IMG/VR virus record: IMGVR_UViG_3300030060_000209
Coordinates: 1-56,195 of that record
DNA: 56,195 bases
Origin: a virus
Lineage: Duplodnaviria; Caudoviricetes
Reading direction: 5' to 3' (one strand)
Shown: positions 9,548-20,376 of the stretch, piece by piece
Position numbering within the stretch: the first letter of the stretch is position 1
How the letters are laid out: the number at the start of each line of letters is the position of its first letter
The notes under the pieces: generated by a model
Database searches by the model: none
Seen by the model: only the letters and a program-made list of their open reading frames with translations
Told to the model about the DNA's origin: nothing
Made by a program: the position numbers and the translations under genes

Positions 9548-10449
9548 TGTCTACACAAACAGTAGAATCAGTACAACGTCTAGCCCCTTATCTTGAGGGA
9601 CTTGAGCAAAGATTGCTTGGCACAGCATTTGGTGAGTTTAGTGGTGCAACGCAAACCAGTCCCGGTCTTCTTGATACGCCTCTTGCTCTTCCCACTCAAA
9701 AAGTAGCTGGCCTTGATCCCTTACAGCAACAAGCCTTTTCTATGGCACCCGGTATGGTTGGCTCATACGCTCCTTTTGTTGCGGGAGCATCTGGTCAGAC
9801 CCTTGGTGGACAAGCTGCTTTAGGCGGCGGTCTTGGGCTTCTATCAAGTCCTGCGGCGGCTGTTCAGCAGTACATGAACCCATACGAAAACTTTGTGATT
9901 GACGAGATTAACCGTCAGGCACAAATAGGTAAACAGAAAAGAGCGGCACAGGCTGTTCGATCTGGTGCTTTTGGTGGTTCAAGACAGGGTATCATGGAAG
10001 GAGAGGCAGAAGGGCGTAGATTAGCTGCTATAGGTGATGCACGACGTAAGGGCTTTGGTGACGCTTTAACAGCTTCTCAGAGGGCTGCACAGCTTATGGG
10101 CGGTATCGGACAGGCATTTGGCGGTCTTGCCAGTACAACGGCTGATTTAGGGCGTGTGCAGTCCGAGCTTGGTCGTGCTGATCTTGGTATGCTTTCACAG
10201 CTAGGCGAAACAGGACGTAACTTTCAGTCGCAGGTTCTTGAGGCACAACGTCAAAATCAAGTGCAAGCTGCTCAAGAGCCATTTACACGGTTGGAGATTG
10301 GTCAGAACCTTCTTAAAGGCATTCCTAGCGCGGGGTTATCTTCTACATTTAAAACTTCAACCACTCCAGCTACCAACCCGTTCTTGGCTGGAATTGGTGC
10401 ATACACTGCGCTTCAGGGTATTAAGCCTTCTGGCCCTGTAGGGAATTAG
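9547..10449 (+). CDS. Putative DNA ejection (internal virion) protein
   Basis: Q/A/G-rich, YMNPY..VID, GAFGGSRQGI motif, hydrophobic C-terminus. Confidence 0.65.
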   Translation: MSTQTVESVQRLAPYLEGLEQRLLGTAFGEFSGATQTSPGLLDTPLALPTQKVAGLDPLQQQAFSMAPGMVGSYAPFVAGASGQTLGGQAALGGGLGLLSSPAAAVQQYMNPYENFVIDEINRQAQIGKQKRAAQAVRSGAFGGSRQGIMEGEAEGRRLAAIGDARRKGFGDALTASQRAAQLMGGIGQAFGGLASTTADLGRVQSELGRADLGMLSQLGETGRNFQSQVLEAQRQNQVQAAQEPFTRLEIGQNLLKGIPSAGLSSTFKTSTTPATNPFLAGIGAYTALQGIKPSGPVGN

Positions 10450-10459
10450 GAGAGCGTAA

Positions 10460-12361
10460 ATGGCTATTGGAGATCCAATTAACGCTGGAATAGGCAGTTA
10501 TGATCCAACGAAAAATTATTTTGCACAACCTCAAAGACGAGGCGCTGGTTTATTAAGTCCTAGCGATCTAAATCTATCTACAGTTCCCGGTCAAAGTCAG
10601 ATGGATGCTTTAAACGCTATCCGTGAAAGATTGGGAATGCGACCTTTAGATCAAGGTTTAGGTTCTAAATTTTCTATAGCCCCTACAGGCATGACAAAGG
10701 GGCAAGCAAAACAACAACAGATGACTGTTGGTGAATATGACATTGGTAGAAAATTAGCTGCGTTAGACAGGCCAAACACAATGACGCAAGTGACTTCTGC
10801 GTTGCAAGATGATCCAGGAGATAGATTTCCTTTAGCTGATATTTTTGATGTTGAAGGTGGTGGCGGTCTTGGTGGAAGTAATGAAAACCAACCTCTCGTG
10901 TTTTCTGAAAGAGATCCGAACCTAGATGTTGATATTGGAGCCGCTGGTCTTGGCGTAGAGCCTCCTGCTGACAGTGGAGGATCTACTCCGTCCACGGCAA
11001 CCACTGGCGGCGCTGGTAGCGGCGAAGAGGCTGGTGGGCTTGGTGAGGCTAATGCAGATCAAGCTCTTGTGTTTAGTGGTACGTCTGAAGACGACAAGAA
11101 AAAAACTTCTACAGATCCGTTTGAAGCAGCTTTAGTGGAAGCTATGAAAGATTATGAAGACGCTAAAGCTGGAGAAGACACTGGCATTAAAGACATTGAT
11201 TACTATAAACAAAAATTTTCAGAGGCCACTGGCATAGACACATCTGGAAAAGTAGATAAATCACAAGCTCTGATGGCTTTTGGTTTAGCCCTTATGCAAA
11301 ACAAAGCTGGCAAAGGGTTTGATGTTGGTAATATATTAGGGGCAGTTGGAGCGGCTGGTGAAAAAGCTATGCCAGAACTTACGAGAGCGCGATCAGAAGC
11401 TCGTGCTGCTCAATTAGCTGGTGGTAAATATGCTCTTAATCAAATTGCAAAAGATAAAGCTGCGGAGGCGGCTATTCTGGCTGAAAAACGATCAAATATA
11501 CAAGAAATTAGAAAATTAAAAATGAGCGCTTTAGCAGATTCTGCTCTTAAACAACAAGAACATGAAAACAATATGAGAGTAAAAAGACTTGAAATTTCAG
11601 GAAAAATTGCAGAATCTGCTGCTAAAAGTAGAGAAGATTTAAATAAACTTTCAAATGAGTTCACTGGAGAAAAGGATTACAATCCAGTAGACACAAAGAA
11701 AAATATTAAAGTGCATGTTGCGAACAGAAAAAGTGATGGTGCTGAAATATTTACAAAGCCTTTAGCAGATGTTCCGTTAATAGCTAAAGGATATGCTGAT
11801 TCACTTGATGGATCTGCTTCAATAGATAAAATGATTAACTTGATAACAGAGGCTTCACAAGCTTCTGCAACTGGTGGTTTGGCAGGACAACAATTGTTTG
11901 AATTTATTAATAATAGGTCTGCTGCTTTTGGTTTAAATTTACTAGAAGACGAGAGTGGTAAAAAAGTCGGACCTGTGACCGAAGCAAATGCTATTAGAGA
12001 AAGACTTATTGCTCAATATAAAAGATTTTTAACACAAGAAACTGGAAACGGAATATCTAACACCGACGTTGAGAGATTAGCCAGATCTTTAGGAAGTATT
12101 GATTTCCTTACTAATCCGAATGAAGCCATAACAAAATTAAGAGAAACAAGAAGAATATTTGAATCTTCAACTAAAGCTTTTCAAACTGCTCTTATAGAAT
12201 TTTCTGATAAAGATAGATTTTTTAATGAAGAAATTTATGAAAAAACTCAACGAAAATTACAAGAAGCAGCTACAGGGGCGCTTTATGAAGGTCTTGGAAC
12301 AGAGTCTGCTAATATAACCACAGACCCAGACACTGGCGTAACAACCATAAAGCTTTCTTAG
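10460..12361 (+). CDS. Putative internal virion/ejection protein
   Basis: 633 aa, ALMAFGLALM segment, predicted coiled coil; podovirus ejectosome position. Confidence 0.55.
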   Translation: MAIGDPINAGIGSYDPTKNYFAQPQRRGAGLLSPSDLNLSTVPGQSQMDALNAIRERLGMRPLDQGLGSKFSIAPTGMTKGQAKQQQMTVGEYDIGRKLAALDRPNTMTQVTSALQDDPGDRFPLADIFDVEGGGGLGGSNENQPLVFSERDPNLDVDIGAAGLGVEPPADSGGSTPSTATTGGAGSGEEAGGLGEANADQALVFSGTSEDDKKKTSTDPFEAALVEAMKDYEDAKAGEDTGIKDIDYYKQKFSEATGIDTSGKVDKSQALMAFGLALMQNKAGKGFDVGNILGAVGAAGEKAMPELTRARSEARAAQLAGGKYALNQIAKDKAAEAAILAEKRSNIQEIRKLKMSALADSALKQQEHENNMRVKRLEISGKIAESAAKSREDLNKLSNEFTGEKDYNPVDTKKNIKVHVANRKSDGAEIFTKPLADVPLIAKGYADSLDGSASIDKMINLITEASQASATGGLAGQQLFEFINNRSAAFGLNLLEDESGKKVGPVTEANAIRERLIAQYKRFLTQETGNGISNTDVERLARSLGSIDFLTNPNEAITKLRETRRIFESSTKAFQTALIEFSDKDRFFNEEIYEKTQRKLQEAATGALYEGLGTESANITTDPDTGVTTIKLS

Positions 12362-12369
12362 GGGTCGTT

Positions 12370-15324
12370 ATGGGTGAAATAAACATACAACTTCCAAACG
12401 AAACTTTAAAATTTGAATTTGCTGGTGATAAGCCAACCATTGAAGAGCAATTTAAAATTTCCAATATCATTCGTGAAAAAAGAAGACAACTCAAAGTACA
12501 AGAGTCTGCTGGAAGATCTGCTAAACAAGAACAATTGTTTGATACTAAATCTGGTATTAAGGATGCTGGATTTCGTGCTGCTTTATCTGTCGCTGAAACT
12601 AATGAAGAGCAAGATGCTATCCTTAAAGAGAGATATGGTTTTGGAGAAGGTGATTTTACTCGTGATAAACGTGGTAGACTTGCGATCACTCAATCTGGCG
12701 GTCAAAAATTAGGTATTGATTTAGAAAAAGATACGCTTGTAGATGAAACAGGTTTCTCTCGTTATGATTTTGCTGATTTAGCTGGTATAGCTCCAGAAGT
12801 TATTGGAGGTGTTGGCGGTGCTATAGCTGGCATACCGCTTGGACCTGCTGGTATCATTGGTGGTTCTGTTCTTGGAGCTATGGGAGGCGCAGGGGCTGAA
12901 GAAGCTGGTGAAGCGTTACTTGGAGTTTCCAAACAAACTGGATCGGAAATAGCAAAGGACATAGCTGTTGAAGGCGCTATCACGCTTGCTGGAGAACTCA
13001 CATTTGGTTTAGCTGGAGTGGCTTTTAGAGCGGGTCGCAAAGGGCTTTCTGTGAAAAAATTACCAGATGAAGATGTAACGGCAATTGGTGAAGCTCTCAC
13101 ATACAAAATAAAAGATCCAACCACTGGCGAATTAATTGATGTTCCTATAACTCCAGAGCTTGGTGCTGTTGGCGCACCCGGACTTATTGCAAGACAAACA
13201 AAAATCATGGAGAGAGTTATTGGCTCTTCTGACCGTCTAAAAAACAATTATGATAATATGGGAAAAATTTTAGATGATTTTAGAGGTAGATCTAACGCCG
13301 CTAAAGCCTCAACAACAGAAGATACTGGTGAGGCAGTCCTTGACTCTGTTTTCAACGCAAATCAGGCGTTAGTTGCTAGTGAAAAAGCCGCAAGGGAGGC
13401 CGTAGTAAAAACTTTATCTGGAGCAACAGATCAATTCATGACAGCAGCTTCAAAAGGAGTTGATGTTGATGAGGAGGCGTTCAAAATACTTGCTGATGCT
13501 AGTAAAGGTTTTGATGACATTGCTGCAACTAAATTTAGTCAAATAGAAGATTTAGTTGGCTCCGCTACAGGAACAAAAAAATTTATTAATACATCAGCAT
13601 TAAAGGACATATCTAAACGTCTTGAGGATGAATATGGAGCCTCTATAGCCGCATCAAGATCTACGTCAGAATCAGTTAGAGAGAGCGTAGCTGGTGATGT
13701 CTCTGCCATCATTAACGGTATTAATGGTCTTGGTGACAAAACAGGTTTTCTACAGCTTTACAATTTACGCAAAGCATTAAACGATGGAAAAATGGCAACT
13801 AACTCAACCACTGGAGTTAGAGAGATACAGAAAGCCATTGATGAAATTGACCGAATGCTCGAACCTAAAATGTTAGAGTATTATGCAAAAGCATCGGCTG
13901 GCGCTCTTGATGGTCAAGCGTTAGACACTTTGCAATCAGCGGCTTCTAGTTTAGGAGCGGCTCGTGGATTTTTCAAAGATGGACAAACAGCCATTGACAA
14001 CTTGCAAGATGCAATAAGAATTAAAGATTTAGCTCAACGTGCTAGAGATGGAACTATACCACCAAATGTTGATTTTCTGTCTACCCTTGTTAAAAATGGA
14101 AAACCCGAATCATTGAAAAGAGCCATTAAAGTTGTTGAAGATTTTAGTGGAGCGGGACAAGCCGAACAATTGCGCGGTTTGGTTGCGACTCGTTGGTTGC
14201 AAGAAGCATTGAAAAGAACGATGCCTGATGGTGTTGACGCAGCTTCATTCTCTGGTAAGTCTTTTGCCAAATCAATTGATGATTTAGGCAATACCGCTGA
14301 TGTATTATTTGGTAGTCAAGTTGGACAAGTTCGTGCTTTAGCCAAACAAATAGAGAAAGCATCTTCATCAAACATGACAGAAGAAGCCATCCTTAGAGCC
14401 GTTCAAGAAGGAGGAGGTGAAGCTGGTGGAGTGGCAGGAATATTAAGATCTGTTAAAGAACAGCAAGATGCCTTGAATCAGTTCACGACTGATAGAACAT
14501 TAAGAAAATTATCTTCTGGTAACATCACTGCAATTGAAGCAGCAGAGTATGTTGCAAGTCCTAAATCACAACCAGAAACAATTCGTTCTGTTTTAAGTTT
14601 ATTAAGAAAACAGGGAGATGATGAAGCGGTTGATAAGATTCAATCTTTTTACATGAATAATATTCTTAAAGATTTTGGCGCAGATACTTTTGTTGATGGA
14701 AACGCAATCAAGACATTTGCAAAGAACTTTAATGAGGCTGGCAAGAGCGGTAAATTTAGAATAATTTTTGGACAAGAGATGGGTAAAGACATGGAAAAAT
14801 TTGGTCGTGTCCTTGCTGTTAATGCTAAAACAGCACAAGGCGGTGATCTCGTAGCTGCTAACATTGCTGCCAGTCCTTTGAATAACCTTGGGAAAATTGC
14901 AAAATATGGTTTGTTTACAAGGTTTTTAACTTCGGCTCCTTATTATAGACAAGTTTTAAATCAGTATGAGGCCTTATCAGGAAACTTGCCGCCAAAGAAA
15001 AAGTCAGAAATACTCGGCAAAATAATGAGTCAATTGTTTGTGCAAACACCCGGACAAATTACACAAGAGGCTGTCGATGAAGGCAACAGACAAATTGATG
15101 CTTTAATGAAAAACACTCAAGTCGGTCAACAATTGTCCGCAATCCGAAGTCAGATGACTCCACCAAACGTAGCATCTAGTCTTGGAGGCATAAACGTAAC
15201 ACAACCAACGGCTCCAGCAGGAACCAGTACAATTCGACAACAGGCAGCAGCGAACCCCGGTGTAGCTCAAACCTTGGGCATTAGAGGTCCAACGGCAGGT
15301 CTGTTAGGAACAGGGAACCCGTAA
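12370..15324 (+). CDS. Large internal virion/ejection protein
   Basis: 984 aa, Gly/Ala hydrophobic stretch (GGVGGAIAGIPLGPAGIIGG) then helical body; last of ejection cluster. Confidence 0.6.
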   Translation: MGEINIQLPNETLKFEFAGDKPTIEEQFKISNIIREKRRQLKVQESAGRSAKQEQLFDTKSGIKDAGFRAALSVAETNEEQDAILKERYGFGEGDFTRDKRGRLAITQSGGQKLGIDLEKDTLVDETGFSRYDFADLAGIAPEVIGGVGGAIAGIPLGPAGIIGGSVLGAMGGAGAEEAGEALLGVSKQTGSEIAKDIAVEGAITLAGELTFGLAGVAFRAGRKGLSVKKLPDEDVTAIGEALTYKIKDPTTGELIDVPITPELGAVGAPGLIARQTKIMERVIGSSDRLKNNYDNMGKILDDFRGRSNAAKASTTEDTGEAVLDSVFNANQALVASEKAAREAVVKTLSGATDQFMTAASKGVDVDEEAFKILADASKGFDDIAATKFSQIEDLVGSATGTKKFINTSALKDISKRLEDEYGASIAASRSTSESVRESVAGDVSAIINGINGLGDKTGFLQLYNLRKALNDGKMATNSTTGVREIQKAIDEIDRMLEPKMLEYYAKASAGALDGQALDTLQSAASSLGAARGFFKDGQTAIDNLQDAIRIKDLAQRARDGTIPPNVDFLSTLVKNGKPESLKRAIKVVEDFSGAGQAEQLRGLVATRWLQEALKRTMPDGVDAASFSGKSFAKSIDDLGNTADVLFGSQVGQVRALAKQIEKASSSNMTEEAILRAVQEGGGEAGGVAGILRSVKEQQDALNQFTTDRTLRKLSSGNITAIEAAEYVASPKSQPETIRSVLSLLRKQGDDEAVDKIQSFYMNNILKDFGADTFVDGNAIKTFAKNFNEAGKSGKFRIIFGQEMGKDMEKFGRVLAVNAKTAQGGDLVAANIAASPLNNLGKIAKYGLFTRFLTSAPYYRQVLNQYEALSGNLPPKKKSEILGKIMSQLFVQTPGQITQEAVDEGNRQIDALMKNTQVGQQLSAIRSQMTPPNVASSLGGINVTQPTAPAGTSTIRQQAAANPGVAQTLGIRGPTAGLLGTGNP

Positions 15325-15325
15325 A

Positions 15326-15772
15326 ATGAATAAAGATGTATTACGCGAAGAAATAGCCGCTGATGAGGGCTGTAAGTATGAGGTGTATTTAGACCATCTT
15401 GGCTTACCCACCTGCGGCATAGGACATTTGATAACTGAAAATGACGAAGAACACGGCAAACCCGTGGGTACGGTGGTTGAACAAGAACGTGTTAAGAAAT
15501 TGTTCGCATTGGATATGTCTGTAACTATTGACGAGTGCAAAGTATTGTACCCGGATTTTGATGACTTACCCGAAGAGGCACAGCATATCATTTGCAATAT
15601 GATGTTTAATATGGGCCGTCCGCGCCTCTCCAAATTCAAGGGTATGAAGGCTGGTGTAGACGCTAGAGACTGGGACAAGGCCGCAGATGAAATGGTTGAT
15701 TCCAGGTGGTACACACAAGTTCCGAACCGTGCAAGACGCTTGGTTGACCGCATGAGAGCGCTGGCTGACTAA
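15326..15772 (+). CDS. T4-type lysozyme (GH24) endolysin
   Basis: DEG....YLDHLGLPTCGIGHLI catalytic E-D-T motif; SRWYTQVPNRARRL. Confidence 0.92.
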   Translation: MNKDVLREEIAADEGCKYEVYLDHLGLPTCGIGHLITENDEEHGKPVGTVVEQERVKKLFALDMSVTIDECKVLYPDFDDLPEEAQHIICNMMFNMGRPRLSKFKGMKAGVDARDWDKAADEMVDSRWYTQVPNRARRLVDRMRALAD

Positions 15773-15948
15773 GCATTAACAGCCGCAGACCCTATCCCAC
15801 CCTGTCCGTATTTCTTATCAAAAGCATCAGCAGTTAGCTTGGCTATTTGCTGGCGCACATTCCTGTGTTCATCTGCACAAAGCTTTTGAAGCTTGTTATA
15901 AGTAGAAATATCTACAGCAACAGACTTGTATTGTGTTGTGTCTGGCAT
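15769..15948 (-). CDS. Small putative DNA-binding regulator (ribbon-helix-helix-like)
   Basis: YKSVAVDISTYNKLQKLC...RNVRQQIAKL fits beta-helix-helix pattern; start could be 15963 or 15948. Confidence 0.6.
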   Translation of the reverse strand: MPDTTQYKSVAVDISTYNKLQKLCADEHRNVRQQIAKLTADAFDKKYGQGGIGSAAVNA

Positions 15949-15992
15949 TATACTAATTCCCATTGTTAACCATTAATGTCCATATTTATACC

Positions 15993-16373
15993 ATGTACAA
16001 CTATAAACGCAAGACAAACAAGTATGGTGCCAGAAAGACAACTTTCATGGGAATCAAGTTTGATTCCAAGTGGGAGGCAGAGCGTTGGGGCGAACTCACA
16101 GCTATGGAAAAGGCTGGTTACATAACAGACCTACAAAGACAAATCTCATATGAGATTGTGGTCAACGATCAAAAGATTTGTAAATATGTGGCTGACTTTC
16201 GATATAATAAAGTAGATGAATACGGTAGTCTTGAAGAGGTTGTTGAAGATGCCAAGGGCGTGGAAACCGCTGAATTTAAACTCAAAAAGAAACTCATGAA
16301 AGCCGTTCATGGAGTTGAGATTTACCTCTCTAAAAATAATAATAACAATTTTCTCAAAATTCCCTTGACTTGA
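15993..16373 (+). CDS. DUF1064-type PD-(D/E)XK endonuclease (resolvase-like)
   Basis: NKYGARKT..GIKFDSKWEA..YVADFRY..VEDAKGVET. Confidence 0.85.
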   Translation: MYNYKRKTNKYGARKTTFMGIKFDSKWEAERWGELTAMEKAGYITDLQRQISYEIVVNDQKICKYVADFRYNKVDEYGSLEEVVEDAKGVETAEFKLKKKLMKAVHGVEIYLSKNNNNNFLKIPLT

Positions 16374-16393
16374 AAAGATTGCATGCTTACCTT
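16365..16393 (+). promoter_or_regulatory. sigma70-type promoter of replication operon
   Basis: TTGACT-N17-TACCTT; spacer carries TGAAAAGATTGCA palindrome variant. Confidence 0.55.
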
Positions 16394-16434
16394 TCAGTTG
16401 TATCTAGCGATATTCAACTCTGAAAGGAAAAGCA

Positions 16435-16866
16435 ATGAACGCTATTACTTTGAATAATGATCTAACTGCTTTGTTTGACAAGCGTGAAGATCTCAAATCT
16501 CAAATTGACGATCTGCAAAAAGAATTGAAGATCGTTAACAATTCTCTCAAAGACCAGTTTGAGGAAACTGCCAAGATGCAACTTGCCCAACAAGGCAAGG
16601 ATTTTGGTCAGACTTCTATGAACAGTGGTGATTTCAAAGTCACTGTTGATTTTCGTAAGAAGGTCTTATGGGATGAAACTATTCTGTTGCGTGTTCTTAA
16701 CTCTTTGGATGAGGACACGGCTAGGCATCTTGCCACTGTGAAATACAGTGTGCCGGAAGCAAAGTTTCAGAATGCCACACCAGATCTCAAAGCAGCATTG
16801 TCTGAGGCTCGTACCGTTGAGTTGCAGGGCATTTCTGTTGATCTAAAAAGAAGGGAGGAAAGTTAA
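16435..16866 (+). CDS. Hypothetical coiled-coil protein of recombination module
   Basis: SD AAGGA; typical neighbour of Sak4-like genes. Confidence 0.6.
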   Translation: MNAITLNNDLTALFDKREDLKSQIDDLQKELKIVNNSLKDQFEETAKMQLAQQGKDFGQTSMNSGDFKVTVDFRKKVLWDETILLRVLNSLDEDTARHLATVKYSVPEAKFQNATPDLKAALSEARTVELQGISVDLKRREES

Positions 16867-17729
16867 TGCTAAAAATAATTAGCGCAGAAGAGCGGTTGGC
16901 TGAAAAACGCGGACATAAGATCGTGATTGGCGGACCGTCAGGTGTGGGGAAGACATCACTAGTGCGTACCTTGGACATGGACAAAACATTGTTCATGGAC
17001 TTGGAAGCTGGTGATGCCGCTATCGAAGGGTGTAAAGTTGACGTTATCAGGCCGCGTACATGGCCTGAGTGCCGAGACTTTGCATGCTTCCTTGGTGGGG
17101 GCAACCCTGCACTAAATGAGGACTCACCGTATAGCATGGCGCATTATGAATATGTGTGTCAGACCTATGGTGATCCAGAAAAGCTGTTGAGCAAATACGA
17201 TACAATCTTCATTGATAGTATTACTGTAGCTGGTCGGCTTTGCTTTTCATATAATCAAAATCAACCAGAAGCCAGATCAGATCGAACAGGCAAGCTAGAC
17301 ACTCGTGCAGTTTATGGCGCTCAAGGTCGTGAGATGATGCAATGGTTGACACACCTTCAACATATTCGTGAGAAGAACGTGATCTTTGTCGGCATCCTTG
17401 ATGAAAAGACGGATGACTATGGACGCATCACTTACGACTTGCAGATTGAAGGTGCAAAGACTGGGCGTGAATTGCCGGGGATCGTTGATGAACTAATCAC
17501 AATGACAACGCTGACTGCTGACGATGGCACTAAATTCAGAGCCTTTGTTTGTGATACGCTTAATCAGTGGGGCTATCCTGCTAAAGACAGAAGCGGCAGA
17601 CTTGACGCTGTTGAAGAGCCGCATCTTAATAAGTTGCTTGAGAAAATGTCTGGTCCAAGGCCAGAAGCAATGAACTTTGTAAATCCAAAAACGGTCAATA
17701 ATAAAGAAGAGGAAAACGTAGATGCTTGA
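16866..17729 (+). CDS. AAA_24/Sak4-like ATPase (ssDNA annealing)
   Basis: Walker A GPSGVGKT, DLEAG, FIDSIT, PAKDRSGRL. Confidence 0.85.
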   Translation: MLKIISAEERLAEKRGHKIVIGGPSGVGKTSLVRTLDMDKTLFMDLEAGDAAIEGCKVDVIRPRTWPECRDFACFLGGGNPALNEDSPYSMAHYEYVCQTYGDPEKLLSKYDTIFIDSITVAGRLCFSYNQNQPEARSDRTGKLDTRAVYGAQGREMMQWLTHLQHIREKNVIFVGILDEKTDDYGRITYDLQIEGAKTGRELPGIVDELITMTTLTADDGTKFRAFVCDTLNQWGYPAKDRSGRLDAVEEPHLNKLLEKMSGPRPEAMNFVNPKTVNNKEEENVDA

Positions 17730-18354
17730 CCTAAACAATGTACCGCCAATGGAAGGCGGAAGTGGAGACTTTGAACTCATCCCTGATGGTACTGTAGTTA
17801 GCGCCATCATCAAGCTTGAAGGTGGCGACACTGAGATTCCTGAGTATGGTGCTGGCACCTACTTCAAGCAATCTCAAACCACTAGCGCAAAATGGTTGCC
17901 GATTGAGTTGACAATTATGGGCGGTAACTTTGACAAGCGTAAAGTCTGGCAGAACATCTTTGTTGATGGCGATGCCAAGGATGAGAATGGTATGTCTAAA
18001 GCCCGAAAGATTGGTTTGAACACCATCAAGCAGATGGTTGATAGTGGTTTTGGTATCTCTCCAAAAGACGAGAGTGATGACGCTAGGGCAAAACGTGCGT
18101 CTATCCAAGGTATCCATATGATCAATGGTATGACTATATGTTGCACTTTAGGAATTGAAAAAGGCAATAATGGTTACGCTGATCGCAACAAGATCAAGAC
18201 AGTCTTGACACCAGACTCGCCTAATTATATTCAAAGTACAGGACAGGCTGCACCTGTCGCGCAAGCGCCAGTTGCACAAGCACCAGTGGCTCAGTCTCCT
18301 GCACCGCAACCGACTACAGCAACAGCGGGGGTAGCACCATCATGGGCGCGTTAG
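17722..18354 (+). CDS. Putative single-stranded DNA-binding protein
   Basis: Follows Sak4; DFELIPDGT..KVWQN..NKIK with P/A/Q linker (APVAQ x3) and PSWAR tail. Confidence 0.7.
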   Translation: MLDLNNVPPMEGGSGDFELIPDGTVVSAIIKLEGGDTEIPEYGAGTYFKQSQTTSAKWLPIELTIMGGNFDKRKVWQNIFVDGDAKDENGMSKARKIGLNTIKQMVDSGFGISPKDESDDARAKRASIQGIHMINGMTICCTLGIEKGNNGYADRNKIKTVLTPDSPNYIQSTGQAAPVAQAPVAQAPVAQSPAPQPTTATAGVAPSWAR

Positions 18355-18692
18355 AGACACTGTGGGCATATATTAGCGGCAAACCTTCAGAGGTCGCTAG
18401 ATCCAGTAAGGGGGGCGCTGGAGCCGTAAAGCCCCCCACTTTCGACATCAAGTTTGAAGATGGTGTTCCGCCATACATGACTCATTCTGTTGATGACATT
18501 CCTAAACTTGCAAAGAAAACATTCAAGATGATTTCGCGTAAGAAGGGAGCAACAATTGATGAGGTGCATGCTGTTGTTGGAAAGAAGCGATCATCTGTCT
18601 ACAATCATATCTACCTGATTAAAAAGGCTGGCTATGAGATTGTGAAGACCTACGATAAAAAGTCAGGTACTCACAGGTACAGACTAGGCTAG
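18342..18692 (+). CDS. Winged-helix DNA-binding protein
   Basis: GATIDEVHAVVGKKRSSVYNHIYLIKKAGYEI...YRL. Confidence 0.7.
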   Translation: MGALETLWAYISGKPSEVARSSKGGAGAVKPPTFDIKFEDGVPPYMTHSVDDIPKLAKKTFKMISRKKGATIDEVHAVVGKKRSSVYNHIYLIKKAGYEIVKTYDKKSGTHRYRLG

Positions 18693-18696
18693 TACG

Positions 18697-20376
18697 ATGA
18701 TTCTCCGTGAGTATCAGGAAGTCGCTGTAAACGATGCTTCTGATGCACTGGATAAGCACAACAATACTTTAGTCGTTGCACCAACTGGGGCTGGAAAGAC
18801 AATCATGCTTTCCGCCTTGGTTGGCAAACGCTACAAAAGTTCACAAAATGTGCTTGTGCTACAGCATCGTGACGAACTCGTTTCACAGAACTCCAATAAA
18901 TTTCACCTTGTAAATCCATCCTTGAGGACCAGTGAAGTAAACGCTGCACAAAAGGATTGGTCAGGTGACGCTGTATTTGCAATGGTGCAAACACTTTGCC
19001 GCGAGAAAAACTTGGACAAAATGCCCAAGATTGACCTTATCGTGGTTGATGAAGCGCATCATACCATTGCGGATACATATCAACGCATCATTAACGCCGC
19101 AAAGAAGGCCAATGAGGGGGTTCAAATCGTTGGCTTTACCGCCACCCCTAACCGTGGCGATAAGAAGGGCTTACGGGACGTATTTACAAACTGTAGCCAC
19201 CAGATAGAAATTTCCACGTTAATTCGTGAAGGGTTCCTTGTACCGCCAAAGACATATGTAATTGATGTTGGTGTGCGGAGTGAGTTGAACGAAGTACGCA
19301 AAACTATATCAGACTTTGACATGGCGCAGGTTGAGCGGATCATGAATCGCCGCGCCATTAACAAGCGTGTGGTTGAAGAGTGGGAGGATAAAGCTGGTGA
19401 TCGCCAGACGATTGTATTCTGCTCAACTGTGCAGCATGCCGAAGATCTGTGTGAAGAGTTTGTGGCTTACGGTGTTGATGCTGAAACAGTTACGGGCGAA
19501 ACGCCAAAAGATGAACGTGAGCAAATCTTACATGATCTAAGCACTGGAGACATTCAGGTTGTTGTCAACGTGGCTGTGTTGACAGAGGGCTTTGATGCTC
19601 CGCCTGTGTCCTGCATCGTATTGACCAGACCATGCTCATACAAAGCAACTATGGTTCAGATGATTGGTCGTGGTCTGCGTACAGTAGATCAGGAAGAATT
19701 TCCCGGTGTTGTTAAATCTGATTGCATTGTCATGGATTTTGGTACGTCTGTATTAACACATGGATCGCTTGACGATGCTGTTAATCTGGATGGCGCTCAG
19801 AGTGATGTAGATGGCGAGGCTCCGTTAAAAATATGCCCTAACTGCGATGGCGAGATACCGTTGAATGCACGAGAATGTCCTATGTGCGGTCATGAAGGGC
19901 AGCGTCCAGAACCAGAAATATTAGAAGATTTTGTTCTGACCGAAGTAGATCTCATGGAACGATCTCCGTTTCGATGGATGGATTTGTTCGGTAATGGGGT
20001 GTGCATGTCTGCATCTGGATTTAACGGTTTTGCAATGATTGCCGATGTTGATGGGCTTTGTATTGCCGTTGTTAAAAAGAAAGAGGGCAAGACACGAGTG
20101 ATCTCTATTGGAACTAAGAGACAAGTTATGGCGGCTGCTGATGACTTTATGAGACAGAATGAGACTGGAGATAGCGCGAAAAAGACCAAGCGTTGGCTGA
20201 ATGATGCAGTTAGCCCTAAACAACGGGAATTGTTAGCAAAAAATGGTGTTCATGTAAGTCCTATTGATTTTTCATGGACTAAGTATAGAGCCGCTTGTAT
20301 GTTGAATTATGTCTGGAACAAGACGTTTATTGATAATTTAGTCAATAATGTAGTGTCAGAAAAGAGAAGTGCATGA
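18697..20376 (+). CDS. SF2 DEAD/DEAH-box helicase with Zn ribbon
   Basis: APTGAGKT, DEAHH, TATP, QMIGRGLR, CPNC...CPMC. Confidence 0.95.
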   Translation: MILREYQEVAVNDASDALDKHNNTLVVAPTGAGKTIMLSALVGKRYKSSQNVLVLQHRDELVSQNSNKFHLVNPSLRTSEVNAAQKDWSGDAVFAMVQTLCREKNLDKMPKIDLIVVDEAHHTIADTYQRIINAAKKANEGVQIVGFTATPNRGDKKGLRDVFTNCSHQIEISTLIREGFLVPPKTYVIDVGVRSELNEVRKTISDFDMAQVERIMNRRAINKRVVEEWEDKAGDRQTIVFCSTVQHAEDLCEEFVAYGVDAETVTGETPKDEREQILHDLSTGDIQVVVNVAVLTEGFDAPPVSCIVLTRPCSYKATMVQMIGRGLRTVDQEEFPGVVKSDCIVMDFGTSVLTHGSLDDAVNLDGAQSDVDGEAPLKICPNCDGEIPLNARECPMCGHEGQRPEPEILEDFVLTEVDLMERSPFRWMDLFGNGVCMSASGFNGFAMIADVDGLCIAVVKKKEGKTRVISIGTKRQVMAAADDFMRQNETGDSAKKTKRWLNDAVSPKQRELLAKNGVHVSPIDFSWTKYRAACMLNYVWNKTFIDNLVNNVVSEKRSA

